Made by a program: the position numbers and the translations under genes
Assembly (NCBI RefSeq): GCF_009914755.1
Contig: NC_060937.1
Strand: one strand, 5' to 3'
Source: the human T2T-CHM13v2.0 reference genome, Homo sapiens
Length of the DNA: 64,000 bases
The notes under the pieces: generated by a model
Databases searched by the model: none
The model's input: only the letters and a program-made list of their open reading frames with translations
Told to the model about the DNA's origin: nothing
Shown: positions 40,395 to 53,374 of the stretch, in pieces
Layout of the letters: every line of letters starts with the position of its first letter
Position numbering within the stretch: position 1 is the stretch's first letter

Positions 40395-42879
40395 GGTTTG
40401 ACTTTCTTAAAGACTGTGTTTCATTTGCTTTATCATTAGGGAATAAAAAATATGTTGTTAAAAATTAGAGAAAGTAGTAAACTATGAAAATCAAAGAATA
40501 TAGAAAGTAATTACATACACTTGATAGTATGACATAATATATACAGTTGATTTATTACAATAACTGAATAATGATATAGTCAAAACCACCAAAGAATATA
40601 TAAAGCTAAGGTTTGAGTAGGCATCCAAGTTAGTGAAACTTGTTATCAGCCCAAACTGGCAGATAGATGGATATTTATTATTCACCTACCATCTCTGTGC
40701 CAAGGAAACATAGTTTATAGGATTCCAAGTTTCATATTTATTTTGACAGCTCTCCTAGAAAAATTCCCCTGAAGCAACAGTCTATTCTTTTTAAAATTTC
40801 TGAGCCTATTTCCTCCCTGACAATCTCCCAGTATCAAGGTCCATGCATGATAAAGCACTATAGCAGGCTTTCTCAGTGTTGAGTTCCAACAATAGAGGAC
40901 TCTCTATTTTCACTTTGTGAGCCTTTCCATTCCACATGCTGTTCATAGACCACAGGGATCTACATTTTAATTCTCCTTTGTCATAAATAGTAACATAATG
41001 TATTTTATCTGATACCACTGGATAAATATTTCTAAAACTCTTGCTTATCATGCCACATTCCTGATTACAACCTACACCAACACCTTATTACCTATTGGAT
41101 AAAAACAATAGATTTAAATAACCTTATCTGGTATCTTATGCCCCTGCCATTGAGTTCTAGTCACAGATGCACCTCATCTAATTTTTAAAATATTTTTCAC
41201 TGCAATCAAGTATTTTTATTCCTTCCTGACCACTCACAACAAACAACTGAAAGTTTCTACATATTTTTGGAAATACTGATATCCTCCATCCTTTTGATCT
41301 TGTTTCTTGCTATTTAAAAACCAGACCAGTTCTCTCAATTTTGTGAAAATTTCTCTAATCATCTAAAGCCCAAATCCTATATATTTTCACCAACACTAAT
41401 CATTTGGAATATATTATTCAATTTATTAATGCTATCTAAGTCATATATATATTATTAGGATGCTTATAACATAATCAGGAAGCTATTGGTTTTATTACAA
41501 AAAATAGCCTCCAATTTTTACCTAATTTCTACATTGTTTGTAGAATAATCTCCTCACTTTATAAAAATCTCAGTATTGTTCAAGTCATAATGAGTTAAAC
41601 ATATTCTTTCCAGACTAGAAATTGGAACATACCTTTCATTAAATATATTCTTTGTTACTTACCGGTACCGTGTCACAAAGTACATAAAAAAAATTCCTGG
41701 AAGAATAATATCTTCCCTTTCCCAATGATATAGTATTTTAAGATTAGGAAAAAAATAATTGAATAGTAATGCTACATATAGTCTAAACTCTTCTAAATTA
41801 TTATATTGCTTCAAATGAGTTTATTTTTGGTATAACATCTGGACAACTAAAATTATCATAAAATTAGAAAGCATTATGCATTTAATAACGGTCGTGACTT
41901 TCTATTTTTGTTCAGTATGGGCACACACAAAAAAGGATAGTTTTTATCCAAACACTTTGCTAATAACTCTGGCTTTAATTATGTTTAAACTGAACAATAT
42001 CTTGTCTGATTGCAGTATAAAGATAATTATTCTGAAATGAACAAAGAAATTTTCATTGTAAAATAATATAATTTACAAAATCATTCACAAAATCATTCAT
42101 TGTAGAAATGTAAAAGATTGCTGACCTCTCCATTTCAGGTATAGTCTAGGAACCAACTCCTTGTAGGTTATACATTCAGATAACAATGTTGGTCTTGGTA
42201 TATAAATGCACAGAAAGTTGTGTTAATAATCCAGTAATTATTTAACTTTTTCTATATATGTATTCTTAAAATCTTCCCACCAGGGTAAATTATGGAGTCA
42301 TGAATCATGAACCAGATTGCGCTAATAGCTAGATAGCTTTTAGTTTTAAGTTGCCTATTATTTCTTAGAAATAGCAGAGAAAGTTTGATTTAGTGTAAAA
42401 GTATTCACTTGGCCTGTGAGAATTAATGACCTGTCTCAAAAATGTAATTTAACTTTTCAAATTATTTGGCTTAATTCACACCCACACATTTAGTCATAGA
42501 TACTTCGCAAACCCTGTAGGTAATTGCATTGATATTTATTAGAACATATCCAAGCAAATTCCATTTTTCTTCTTGCTAGAGACAGTACTGAGTATATTAA
42601 AAATAATTTCACCTAAATAGATTACCCAGTGACTTGGCTTTTATGTTTTGGAGTCTATGCTTTCTTTCTGTTGTAATATTTAGACAGTGACATGAGTGTT
42701 ATATTTAGAGTAAAAATACTGATCAAGAATATGAAAATTTACCCCCACAAAAGATGCTAACTGAAAAAGTAATACATTGAAACTAACTTGCAATAGTTGT
42801 TTTATATATAATATTTGACAAAGTATCCCCTTCACTGGAGCCTTTCATTTTGCTAACCATATAGCAAATGGTTATTTGC

Positions 42880-43027
42880 TATATATATGTATATATATAT
42901 GTGTACATATATATGTATATATATATGTGTACATATATATGTATATATATGTGTACATATATATGTATATATATGTGTACATATATATGTATATATATGT
43001 GTACATATATATGTATATATATATGTA
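42880..43027. repeat. TA-rich minisatellite with a 24-bp unit atatatgtatatatatgtgtacat, about 5-6 copies
   Basis: Read directly; produces the (YICIYMCT)n pseudo-ORF. Confidence 0.93.
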
Positions 43028-44039
43028 GTTTCATTTTGATAACCATTTTGTCACCTTAATTTGTCTCGTTTCTTTACAAGTATATTTTATAGAACAGATA
43101 ATCTAGTGTTGTCTGGACACATTGGCCATGAGGTTCTTTAGCCCAGTTCGTTTTTCCTGGATCTACTTAAAACAATTCAGGTTATTAAAGATATATATTT
43201 TTAAATTTAAAATGCCTGAACCACTTCATAGACTCAGACAGACTAGCCATAAAAACAAACCTAAAAAGTGTGTTTATTATTGTTGCATGGCACAGTCCTC
43301 AATCTCCTTTAACTTTTCTTCCATGTTATCCAATCCCAGGCACTCCAACAACAACAAAAATATATATGGAAGCTTGAACTCTAGGTTCAAAATACAATAG
43401 ATGTCTTTCATCTTGTTTTCTCAGCCATATGCTACATATTTTCATTTTCTACTCTTCTTTATTATCTTTAATTTCCTGGAATAATACATGAAATTTTTTA
43501 AAGTCATTGTTTTGCTTTTTTTTTCTGTCTCTCTGGCTTCTTGGTCTAATTCTCTCATGCTGACTTCCTCTAACTGACATGTGGCTGTTCCCTTTCTTTA
43601 GAGGTCTGTCTTCTCTTGTTATCTAATAACCTTTCTTGAGGATCCCATGCAATCTCAACCTGGAACTGATAACTTTAAGATAACAATTCCTAAAGGTTTA
43701 TCTCAGTGTGGACCTTACATCTGATTTCCATAACTGCATATTCAAATGTCGAGAGCATTTGAAATTTTTGCAAGGGTCTTATATAGGCATTTCAAAACTA
43801 ATATCTAATAAATATACACTTTATTTCAATTTCTGAATGTGCTTCTGCTTCTAACTTTCCATTTTCAGTAGACGACACCTCTCTATTCACCTAGTGGCTG
43901 ATGGTAGAATCTTCCCTCATTAAGAATTTCCAAATTGAATTCAAGATTATGTTCCATTAAGTCTACTACCATAATTTATCTTAAATCCATCTACGGTCTC
44001 TCTTTGTCTGTTGGAACCATTATTTGGTTCTAAATGCAT

Positions 44040-44195
44040 ATTGACTCCCTTAGAAGTGAGTTTTGAACTGTGTGGGAGTGTTTTGCTTATCACTGTAAGT
44101 TGTCAGAGGAACAGTTCATTATTTTATAGAGATAACAAAAATGCTGAACACCCTGCAACATACAGCATAATTGTACACAATAAAGATATTTTTCT
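44040..44195. mobile_element. MER20-like hAT MITE fragment
   Basis: gttttgcttatcact..atgctgaacaccctgcaacatacagcataattgtacacaataaaga. Confidence 0.55.
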
Positions 44196-44199
44196 ACCA

Positions 44200-44770
44200 C
44201 TGAAATTATTTTAATAAAGAGAATTTTATATAAAAATTAGTTAAACAGGTGTAGGAGGATTTAAAGAACTATACAAGCTAACAGAGGATACTGAAGTAGT
44301 GCAGAAATCACTACTGTAGAGAGTGACTCCCACCTGTAGAGCTGGAGAAACAAAGGGAAATAGTTCTGGTTATTAGAATATAAAGTTTAGAGGTAGATCC
44401 TCATGGAAGTCACACAATAAAGAAGAGAACCTGCCCAGTTGGTGCTGGTACCTCAGGAACTCAGAAGAGGAGCTGGACTCAAACATCTGAGAAGGGGAAT
44501 CTTCTCTACCAGGAAAGCCCAATGAGGCTGGTTCTTTGAGAGCTTGAAAGAAGCTAGAAACTGGAACCAACTGTCGCCTGGGTGAAGTGCCTATTTTCCA
44601 GGTGATGCAGATGGGAAGATTTCCCTTTGCTTGTATTCTAAGCACCCTGATGCCTTCTGTTGGTAGAACCTTGCAGAGGGCCACTAGCAAAGGAAAAATG
44701 TAGTTTGAAGCCTCCCAGTTCCAGAATCATCTAACATTACTTGGAATGGCAACTTGGAAGTTTAGTGACA
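44200..44770. mobile_element. Probable old ERVL/MaLR-type LTR, family uncertain
   Basis: Block of higher GC interrupting the L2; ggtgctggtacctcaggaactcag, gaagctagaaactggaaccaactg. Confidence 0.45.
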
Positions 44771-45745
44771 GTCGTCATTCTATGTTTTCTATCATGTCAA
44801 CTATCCAGACTATAGACTCTCTCATTTCTACTGTCATCTTTAAAAATCATTGATCACATGTCACTATTAAACCTTAGTTGTTGTCCCTTTGACATATAAT
44901 AAAATACAAACCCCTAATTAGCAGGACTCTTATTAGGAAGTACCTTCCTTGCGCCCATCTATCTCTTGTACTATTCTTTCCTTCAATTACTGTGCTACAA
45001 TTATAGGATCTCTTCTCTAATCCTGCAACGGTGACAGCATCTTTCTTGCTCAGATATAAATTTTTTCAATAGTTTCAGGAGAACTTCTACTCATATTTCT
45101 TCACTGTCAAATGGAGTGTAACTTCTAATGAGTGGTTTTCCCTGATCTCTCAATCCAAGTAAGAATCCCATTGAGTTTTCTGTATGAGGACTTTCATAAA
45201 CGTGCATTGTAATATCATATAATTTGTAATTATGTATTCACACAGATGACTATATTATGTCACGGACACCACAACTCCATGAAGGCATAGACTACACCAG
45301 TTTTGTTCAGTATCTAGCAGAATGTCTGGTTTGTAGTAGGTGTTCCTTATGTATTTTCCTAATAAAACTAATAAAATAATTACTTGTGATGAATAAAAAG
45401 GAGTAAAAAAATATTTGGTATTTTGCTTTTGTACTCACTTTTGAGGTTATACTGGTCAAGTATTTTCCTCTTTCTGGCAGGTTCCTTCAAAGGACTCCTG
45501 AAATCTCTCCAGAGATACAGTTCAGTCAGTGAAAATTTTTGATATTTCTGTTTCAAATTTCATAGTTTGAAGTCTCTTCCTCTTGATCAGAGCTCTCTTT
45601 CGTAATACTTCAACAAATGGAACATTTCTGTAAGATAAGACATAAATTCTTAGAATAAGATGAATATTAACATTATTTTTTACATTCATTTCAGATTAAA
45701 AGTTCATTACATATCATTAAGATGTATTACATCATTGGCAACACC

Positions 45746-45844
45746 TGTGGCCCAGGCTGATCTTGGACTCCTGAGCTCAAGCGATCTGCTAGCCTTGGCC
45801 TCCCAAAGTGCAGAGATTACACCTGTTAGCCACTGCGCCCAGCC
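45746..45844 (-). mobile_element. Alu left-monomer fragment (FLAM/AluJ)
   Basis: cccaggctgatcttggactcctgagctcaagcgatc..ccactgcgcccagcc. Confidence 0.9.
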
Positions 45845-46404
45845 AAAAGGTTTTAAACAGTAAGGTTTTACAATAAAATTAAGCTAATACACACAATATT
45901 AACACCAGATAGAAAGTTCTATAAAAGACTTAAAGATATCTTCTTTATGTAAGATTATTCTTTTGGAAATATTGAAAAATATAAATACAACCTGAATGAC
46001 TAAAACTATATCTATAATAGCAAATCTCTATGCAACAAGGCACATAACAAAATAATGCACTTGATTATCTCTCTTTATTCCAAAATATTTTGACATTGTA
46101 ACCTATTTGTTTAGGTACAGAACAGTGGTAGTATTCTCATATTTCAATAGGTGGCCAATCACTTGCAGAAGCAAGTTTTCTTTAATCACTTCAGGGCGGA
46201 CACACTCAGGTTCTAAATAAAACCAGTGATGCAGTCTTTTCTGCAGGCTGTGGTATTCTCAATGAAACACAGCTTACACTTAACACTGAAACAATCGCCA
46301 GAGTAGCTCCATGTCAGCGGCACTTAACAGGGTCGATGGAACATGCTGCCCCAGCTCACTCTATTTCTTGTTTCACAACATTGCTAAATTGAATGTCAGG
46401 AATG

Positions 46405-46985
46405 GAGTAGGTTTCTCAAATGTTAAACATAGAGTCACCATGTTTCCCAGCACTTCCTTTACCAAGTAGTTGTCCAAGAGATTAGTAAACATATGTCCAC
46501 AAGAAAAAGAAAACATTCTACTATTCACAGCAACATTATTTATAATAGCCAAAAAGTGGGAGCTACCCAAATGTCTGCCAAATAATGAATGGATATATCC
46601 AGGATATATCCATACAATTGATTATTTTTTAGTAACAGGGAAAAGTACTGATATGTGCTATAGGCATAGATGAACCTTGAAAACACCGTGGTAAGTTAAA
46701 GAAGCCAAATACAAAAGCTGCAATTCCTTAATGTGAAGTGTCCTAACAGAGCAATTCATAGAGACAGTAAGTACGTTATTAGTTGCCAGGAACTGAGGAA
46801 AGGGCAACACAGAGAATGTCTGCTAATGGATACAGGATTTCTTTTTGCGATTATGCCAATATTCTGGAATTAGAAAATGGTGATAATTGCCCAATTTTGT
46901 GAATATTATAAAAAGGACTGAATGTGCATTTTAAAAGTGTGAATTTTATGGTATGCAATGTATCTGAGTATCAAAAATTATAAAA
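46405..46985 (+). mobile_element. L1MB 3' end
   Basis: gttaaacatagagtcaccat, tttataatagccaaaaagtgg, gatgaaccttgaaaaca, gtgaattttatggtatg. Confidence 0.88.
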
Positions 46986-47236
46986 GAAATAAGAATGGAG
47001 GCCAGGATTCATATTAGGATAGAATTACAATGGTTTCTTTAGGAAATGAGAATGGCCAGAACACATGAAGTGAAGTCACTGAGGTAGAAGTAAGAGGGTT
47101 GAGATATATTTTAAAAGCAAAACTAATAGTTCAGGTTCAGAAATTGCTATTAATTAAGAATTCCATTTCTTTCTGTTTTTACCTTTAAATTTTTTTCAAA
47201 CTTCAGCTTCCATTTTCCTTGTACCAGAAATTTCAC

Positions 47237-47538
<302 letters not shown>

Positions 47539-47975
47539 TCACAAAACTTAGCCAACAATTTTTGCCTTTGCTCTTTCTTCTTACTATAGTGTCTTCAAGA
47601 CTATCTCTGTCTTAGTATTTTGAGACGTAAATTAAAATCAAACTTTTTGAAAACTTCATTTAATATAGACCTCTCCCTTCTTCCTATAAAGGTGACTTTT
47701 CCTGCTTTCTCAATGCCTCTATGGTTACCATCCCATGTTGCTATATCACTTAGACAATAAGAATGTATTCACTTGATTTATCAACCACAGATTATGAACA
47801 TTGCAGCAGACACTACACATCTTTTACTTTTGATCACCTTCATTCTCAACTAACTCAACAGGAGATGCTAGATACATATGGTTGCATAATATCATATGGA
47901 TAAATAAGAGCTGAGTCAATGACAAATATTTTCTTCACACTATAATTTGTATTCTTATTATACTGCAACAGTATG

Positions 47976-48590
47976 CATTGATCTTGACTATTTGTGGATT
48001 TTATGGTTACAAATTTACCTGCTTCTTAAAATGTATTTATAACCATAAGTAATATTCTCAGTGATTTAGTGGTCATTTGGGTACATGCACAGTGGTGAAA
48101 CGTTTGAGTCACACAGTTCTCCCATTTCCAACTGAAGTTGATGATGGTCTGCCTTTGTTCTTTAGCTCTCATATTATAAACAAGTGGACTGCTCACAGAC
48201 TGCTTAGTAGCACATTTTTCAAATTTGTGTGCTGTTTGTTGGTGATTTAACTGGTTCAAATGACCCCAAACATAGCAAGGTAAAGGTAGTGTTCCTAAGA
48301 AATCTGCGATGTGCCTTATACAGAAAAAATAAAAGCTTTGTCTAGGCATAAGTTATAGTGCTGTTGGCTGTTAGTTCAATGTTAATAAATCAACAATATA
48401 TATTAAATAAGGTGTCATTAATCAGAAAGACACATACAACAAGTTTATATATTAATTGGTTGATGAAAATGTGATCAAAGGCTAACAGGAGCCTATCTGT
48501 ATTTATTCTGTTAGCAATTGTTCAATATTTATTTATTCAGTGTTTGCAGTGACTTTCTAACACATAATTACTGTGAATAACAATAATTGT
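47976..48590 (+). mobile_element. MER82 (Tigger-family non-autonomous DNA transposon)
   Basis: tatttgtggatt..; agttatagtgctgttggctgttagttcaatgttaataaatcaacaatatatattaaataaggtgtc. Confidence 0.88.
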
Positions 48591-48600
48591 ATGTTATAGA

Positions 48601-49048
48601 ATTTGGGAAACAATTCTGTCTTTGAGCCTCTATACATCTTGTAAGCAAAGGCACCGACTGCCTTTTGTTCCAGAGTATCTCTTCAAAAATGTTTGTTTAC
48701 CAGTTGAAGAAGATACAATTTCCGCCTGAGCAAATGGCAGGCATACTTACTGCCTGCTATAAAAGATGTGAGTTCCCTAAGCTGAGTTTCCCTCTTGTGT
48801 AACATCACCTACTACACATGCAGACATCTACCTGGGACCCGTGTGTCACCCTGTTAGACTTGAGGGGAAAACAAACTGACACATATTTTTTGACAGTGAT
48901 TCTGTTTACTGTGCCTTATAAATAAAGTCTATTGGCCCTGCCCCAAGAAATGCTGGTCTTCTGCCAGTGTCCAAGAAACTGTGAGTGACAGACTTTTTTA
49001 TTCGCTTATGAACTGGATAAAATCTCAAATTTTTCCTAGATCTTGACA
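48601..49048 (+). mobile_element. LTR40 (ERVL) solo LTR
   Basis: ttgggaaacaattc..ggcaccgactgcctttt..tataaaagat..ttccctaagct..aataaagtc..taaaatctca..tcttgaca; flanks ataga/atagt. Confidence 0.85.
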
Positions 49049-49287
49049 ATAGTGATAAATATTATTAAATCAATTACACATGTATAATACTATATATATA
49101 CATAATAATTTAATATGTCCTCTTTCAGCTAAAGAATCAGAATATGATGCAGGATCTAATGCTTTGAAATAAATAATACCTTGTCTTCCTTGTAAAAATA
49201 CATTTCTTCATTTTATATTCAAATACCATGTAATCATCTTTTATTGTTTGAATTCAATTTTACTTTTAAAAAAATTAGTTCTTTTCT

Positions 49288-49504
49288 CATATGTTCTGGA
49301 GCCTCCATTACAGCATAGGAGAGCCCACTGGGCATATCTCACTAACTCTGCAATTAGTGGCACCACATTGGTAGCTTGCAACCAGCCATGGTAGGAGCAT
49401 TTACAACATTGATACCAGGAAACATACAAATAGAAGAGGTTTTATTTCATGTGTTTTTTGTTGTTGTTGGTTCTCCAAGAGTTTTCTTTAAAGGCATACC
49501 ACTG
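49288..49504. mobile_element. MER63A-like hAT MITE
   Basis: cacattggtagcttgcaaccagccatggtaggagcatttaca; ends gcataccactg. Confidence 0.8.
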
Positions 49505-49884
49505 ATACTTAACCTTGGAATACACAAATTTAGAAAAAAAATTCTATAAACTTTAATTAGGTAAATGTTATTTACCTGTATTTAGTTTTGTGAATTTTGA
49601 ATAAAAAATTAGATGTACTATTTTAGCCCTCTAAAGATGGCAGATGCTAAGAGAAAAAAATAAATTAACTTTATTCAGAATTCACATAACCAAATAAATA
49701 TGTGACTTTTAAATAATTAATTGAATGTTCTTTTTTTTATGGTTTGTAGTATTTCAATCCCTGAGGTTTTATAGTTTATAACTGCATTATGAGATAACCT
49801 GTGCATCTGTAACAAACATATACCTATATATATTCTACTTTTTGTTTCTTCAGTCTTCTCTTTATTATCCCAAATAATATATAA

Positions 49885-50175
<291 letters not shown>

Positions 50176-50274
50176 TATAAATAAAACTTATCTCCTTAGA
50201 TTTACAAATTTTTCTCTTGTTTTCTTACTAATATTGTTAATAACAATTTAAGTGGTAGAAGTCCTTCCAAAATC

Positions 50275-50789
50275 GTTTTTCAGGAATGAAAAATCTAACT
50301 TGCTTAAAGCAAACCATGGACTTATTGCTTCATCATTCTTGCTTGCGGAGCTGAATGATGTCACCAAGACGCTGGTTCCTCTGCTTTCTGATGTCCTCTG
50401 TGCTGGTCTCATGCTCAATCAGGATACCCTTAATGCTGAACCCTTCTCACCTTCTCAAAGCTTCCCATGCAGGAGAAGATAAATCATAGCTTTCCAACAA
50501 TGGAGAGGTCCCCCACGTCTGGACCTCTATGGCCTAAATTAGGTCACATAAACCATTCGTGAGTCATGCCTTTTGTCCTGTAAGATAGGATACACTAATT
50601 ATTACACCAATCAGGACTGACTTTGTAGCTGGGGTTGTCAACTTCCCCCATATAAATGGGTTAGATAACTGTTTTCAGAACATTGAAGTGTCTTCTTTTC
50701 CTTTGTTTCCTTTTTTGTCTTCTTTTTTTATTGTAAGGAAAGAAAGGTAAATGAATATGTGTTGTCAAAAACAAGAGATGTTCACTACA
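50275..50789 (-). mobile_element. MLT1J/K-like LTR
   Basis: ggcctaaattaggtcacat..; gctggggttgtcaacttcccc; ends agatgttcactaca. Confidence 0.6.
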
Positions 50790-51736
50790 TTTTATTTTAG
50801 TAAATAAACTTTAGTAAATCCATTTAAATTACATAAAAAGGATGAAACGTTTAGTAAATAAGTTTGAAAGGCTTGCCATTACTTTTTTATGAACAGTTTT
50901 AATCTAAGAGATATTAAATATAGCCAACACAAAACAGAGTACATTATTTTGTATTCTAAGAAGCAGATGTATATTTTCAAAACTAAAATGAATAATCTAT
51001 TATTGATACCAATAGGGAGCTCTTCATTTGAATAGCTTTTGGAAAGAGATTAAGATATAATAGATCTAGAAATGGATATTTGAACCTCTGACCCCACAGT
51101 GTCTCAATTCACTATCTCATTTTTCCTGCCTAAAAATGTTTTAATTAGGAGGCCCCAGTCTCCAGAGATAGCCTGTATATAGATGTGTGCTTTTTGAAGT
51201 TTAAAGTAACTGAATAAACAGAAGAGATTAGTTTTTCCGTAGAACACAAGTCCTTTAAAATTAGGGGGAAAAATAGGGACAATGAGTGACTACAGTTTTA
51301 AATCTCAGACTCCCGAAATAGGATTGATCAATATTCAAATAGCCTTTGACTTGGTAAAGAAAAAATGTCCTTCCCAAGATTAAGAATAAACAAAATTCTC
51401 ACCCATAATATCAGATAACACAGCTTTACAAACAGGATACTAACCCTGATTTTTCACACACTCTTACATCACCTCAATTAATTTTTTAAAAATCCTATTG
51501 GGTCCTACAGAAGAGGTTTTCATTCTACATTATAAACATTATCCTAATAAATGAATTTATTTATTTGGAGGTATGTATCTTAGAACATTCTTTATAGAAA
51601 GGGAAATAATTCCAGCTAATGTTGCTGCTTCATAGCATACATAGTCTCTCTTGCTGAATCCTTATGGAATATGGCTTCATTGCCAATTCACATTCCTTTT
51701 AATGAAATCCCTAATGAGTCATTACAGTAAAATGTC

Positions 51737-51768
<32 letters not shown>

Positions 51769-51775
51769 CACACAC
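51737..51775. repeat. (CA)n microsatellite
   Basis: Read directly; one cg interruption. Confidence 0.97.
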
Positions 51776-51969
51776 GAACAGTGGCCAGTGGCTAGCTGGG
51801 ACTGATTCCTTGTCTTAGTTTAAAGACTTGAGGGAAAAAAAACAAAAGATTGCTATAAAAGACCTCTTTATTCTGTAATCTAGAAAATGCAAGAGTAGTG
51901 AATCACAGAGCCTCAATTTATCCTTAAAAAAGTCACCAATTCATTTATATTCCTCATATGCTTGCTTTT

Positions 51970-52263
51970 TTGTTTTCTTTTGTTTTTTGTTTTTGGTTTT
52001 TTTTTTTGAGTCCAGGCTGGAATGCAGTTGCACGATCTCAGCTCACTGCAACCTCCACCTCCCAGGCTCCAGCCATCCTCCCACCTCGGCCTCCTGAGTA
52101 GCTGGGTCTATAGGCTCCCACCAAAATTCCTGGCTAATTTTTGTATTTTTTGTAGGTTTCCCCATGTTGCCCAGGCTGGTCTCAAACTCCTGAGCTCAAG
52201 CCATCCACCCGCCTCGGCCTCCCAAAGTTCTGGGATTACAGGCGTGAGCCACTGGGCCTGGTC
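51970..52263 (-). mobile_element. AluJ with small deletions
   Basis: ccatcctcccacctcggcctcc, tgttgcccaggctggtctcaaactcctgagctcaag; TSD atatg(c/t)ttgctttt. Confidence 0.95.
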
Positions 52264-52819
52264 ATATGTTTGCTTTTGAAGGTTATACAATCTTCTCAAT
52301 ACATATAAAGTTGATAATTTGATTTTAAAAAGTACCACTTCCACTAAGAGATTATGACCAATTGATTCTAAAAAAGTGAAGTTGCATGGGCAGAGAGATA
52401 TGGTCAGCACACAGGCATAGAAACTTTTTCATCTATGGTTTCTGTACTGAATTAATTTGCTATCACCAAAGGAATGCAGAAAATGCTAATGGGATCCAGT
52501 TTTCCCAATACCTTTCTATTTGTTCTAACACATTTCAACTTATATCTATCTTTTGATATATGGTGTCGTTGGTGCACTTCTCTTTCTCTTTTTTAAATTA
52601 CAGCTATAGAATTTTTCTGAAAACATGTAACTATTGCTAACTTAAAGTGTAATAATTATTCAGTTTATTGTAAATATATCGTAATGATAATTAATATTCC
52701 TTTAATTGCAAATAATTAAAAAGCCTATTCTAAATGGGCTTAAGCACTCCAAGAAAATTCCAAGCCTTTCTTTCTAGCTAGGTACAGAAGGAAGACAGGC
52801 AGAGACTGGAATGTGAAAC

Positions 52820-53374
52820 TGTCAGAGGCGTGTGAGCCAGAGCAACACCATCTTAAACGGGAGCTGGGTAAAATGAGGCTAAAACCTAACCGGGCTGCAT
52901 TCCGAGACGGTTAAGGCATTCTAAGTCACAGGGTAAAATGGGAGGTCAGCACAAAGTACAGGTCATAAAGACATTGCTGATAAAACAGGTTGCAGTTAAG
53001 GAGCTGGCCAAAACCCACCAAAACCAAGATGGCGAGGAGAGTGACCTTTGGTTGTCCTCACTGCTACACTCCTACCAGCACCATGACAGTTTACAAATGC
53101 CATGACAACATCAGGAAGTCACCCTAGATGGTCTAAAAAGGGGAGACATGAATAATCCACTCCTTGTTTAGCATATTATAAAGAAATAACCATAAAAATG
53201 GGCAACCAGCAGCCCTTGGGGCTCCTCTGTCTATGGAGTAGCTGTTCTTTTGTCCCTTTATTTTCTTAATAAACCTGCCTTCACTTTGCAGCGCGGACTC
53301 TCCCTGAATTCTTCCTTGTGCGAGATCCATGAACCCTCTCTTGGGGTCTGGATCGGGACGTCTTTCTTGTAACA
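52820..53374 (+). mobile_element. MER41A solo LTR (ERV1)
   Basis: tgtcagaggcgtgtgagccagagcaac..ccctctcttggggtctggatcgggac..tgtaaca; 555 bp; perfect 4-bp TSD aaac. Confidence 0.94.

Larger units (their letters stand above)
43520..45375 (+). mobile_element. L2 (L2a-like) in two pieces, about 43520-44005 and 44775-45375
   Basis: aggcatttcaaaactaatat, gatcacatgtcact, tctagcagaatgtctggtttgtagtaggtgttc at the 3' end. Confidence 0.7.

Noticed and set aside
42868-43059. Repetitive Cys/Tyr-rich peptide ORF
   Set aside because: It is the translation of the TA/TG minisatellite.
52820-53374. MER41 as an interferon-inducible STAT1 enhancer
   Set aside because: This copy reads aaaaaggggagacatgaataatcc and lacks the ttccgggaa GAS-bearing segment of MER41B, so it is the MER41A type.
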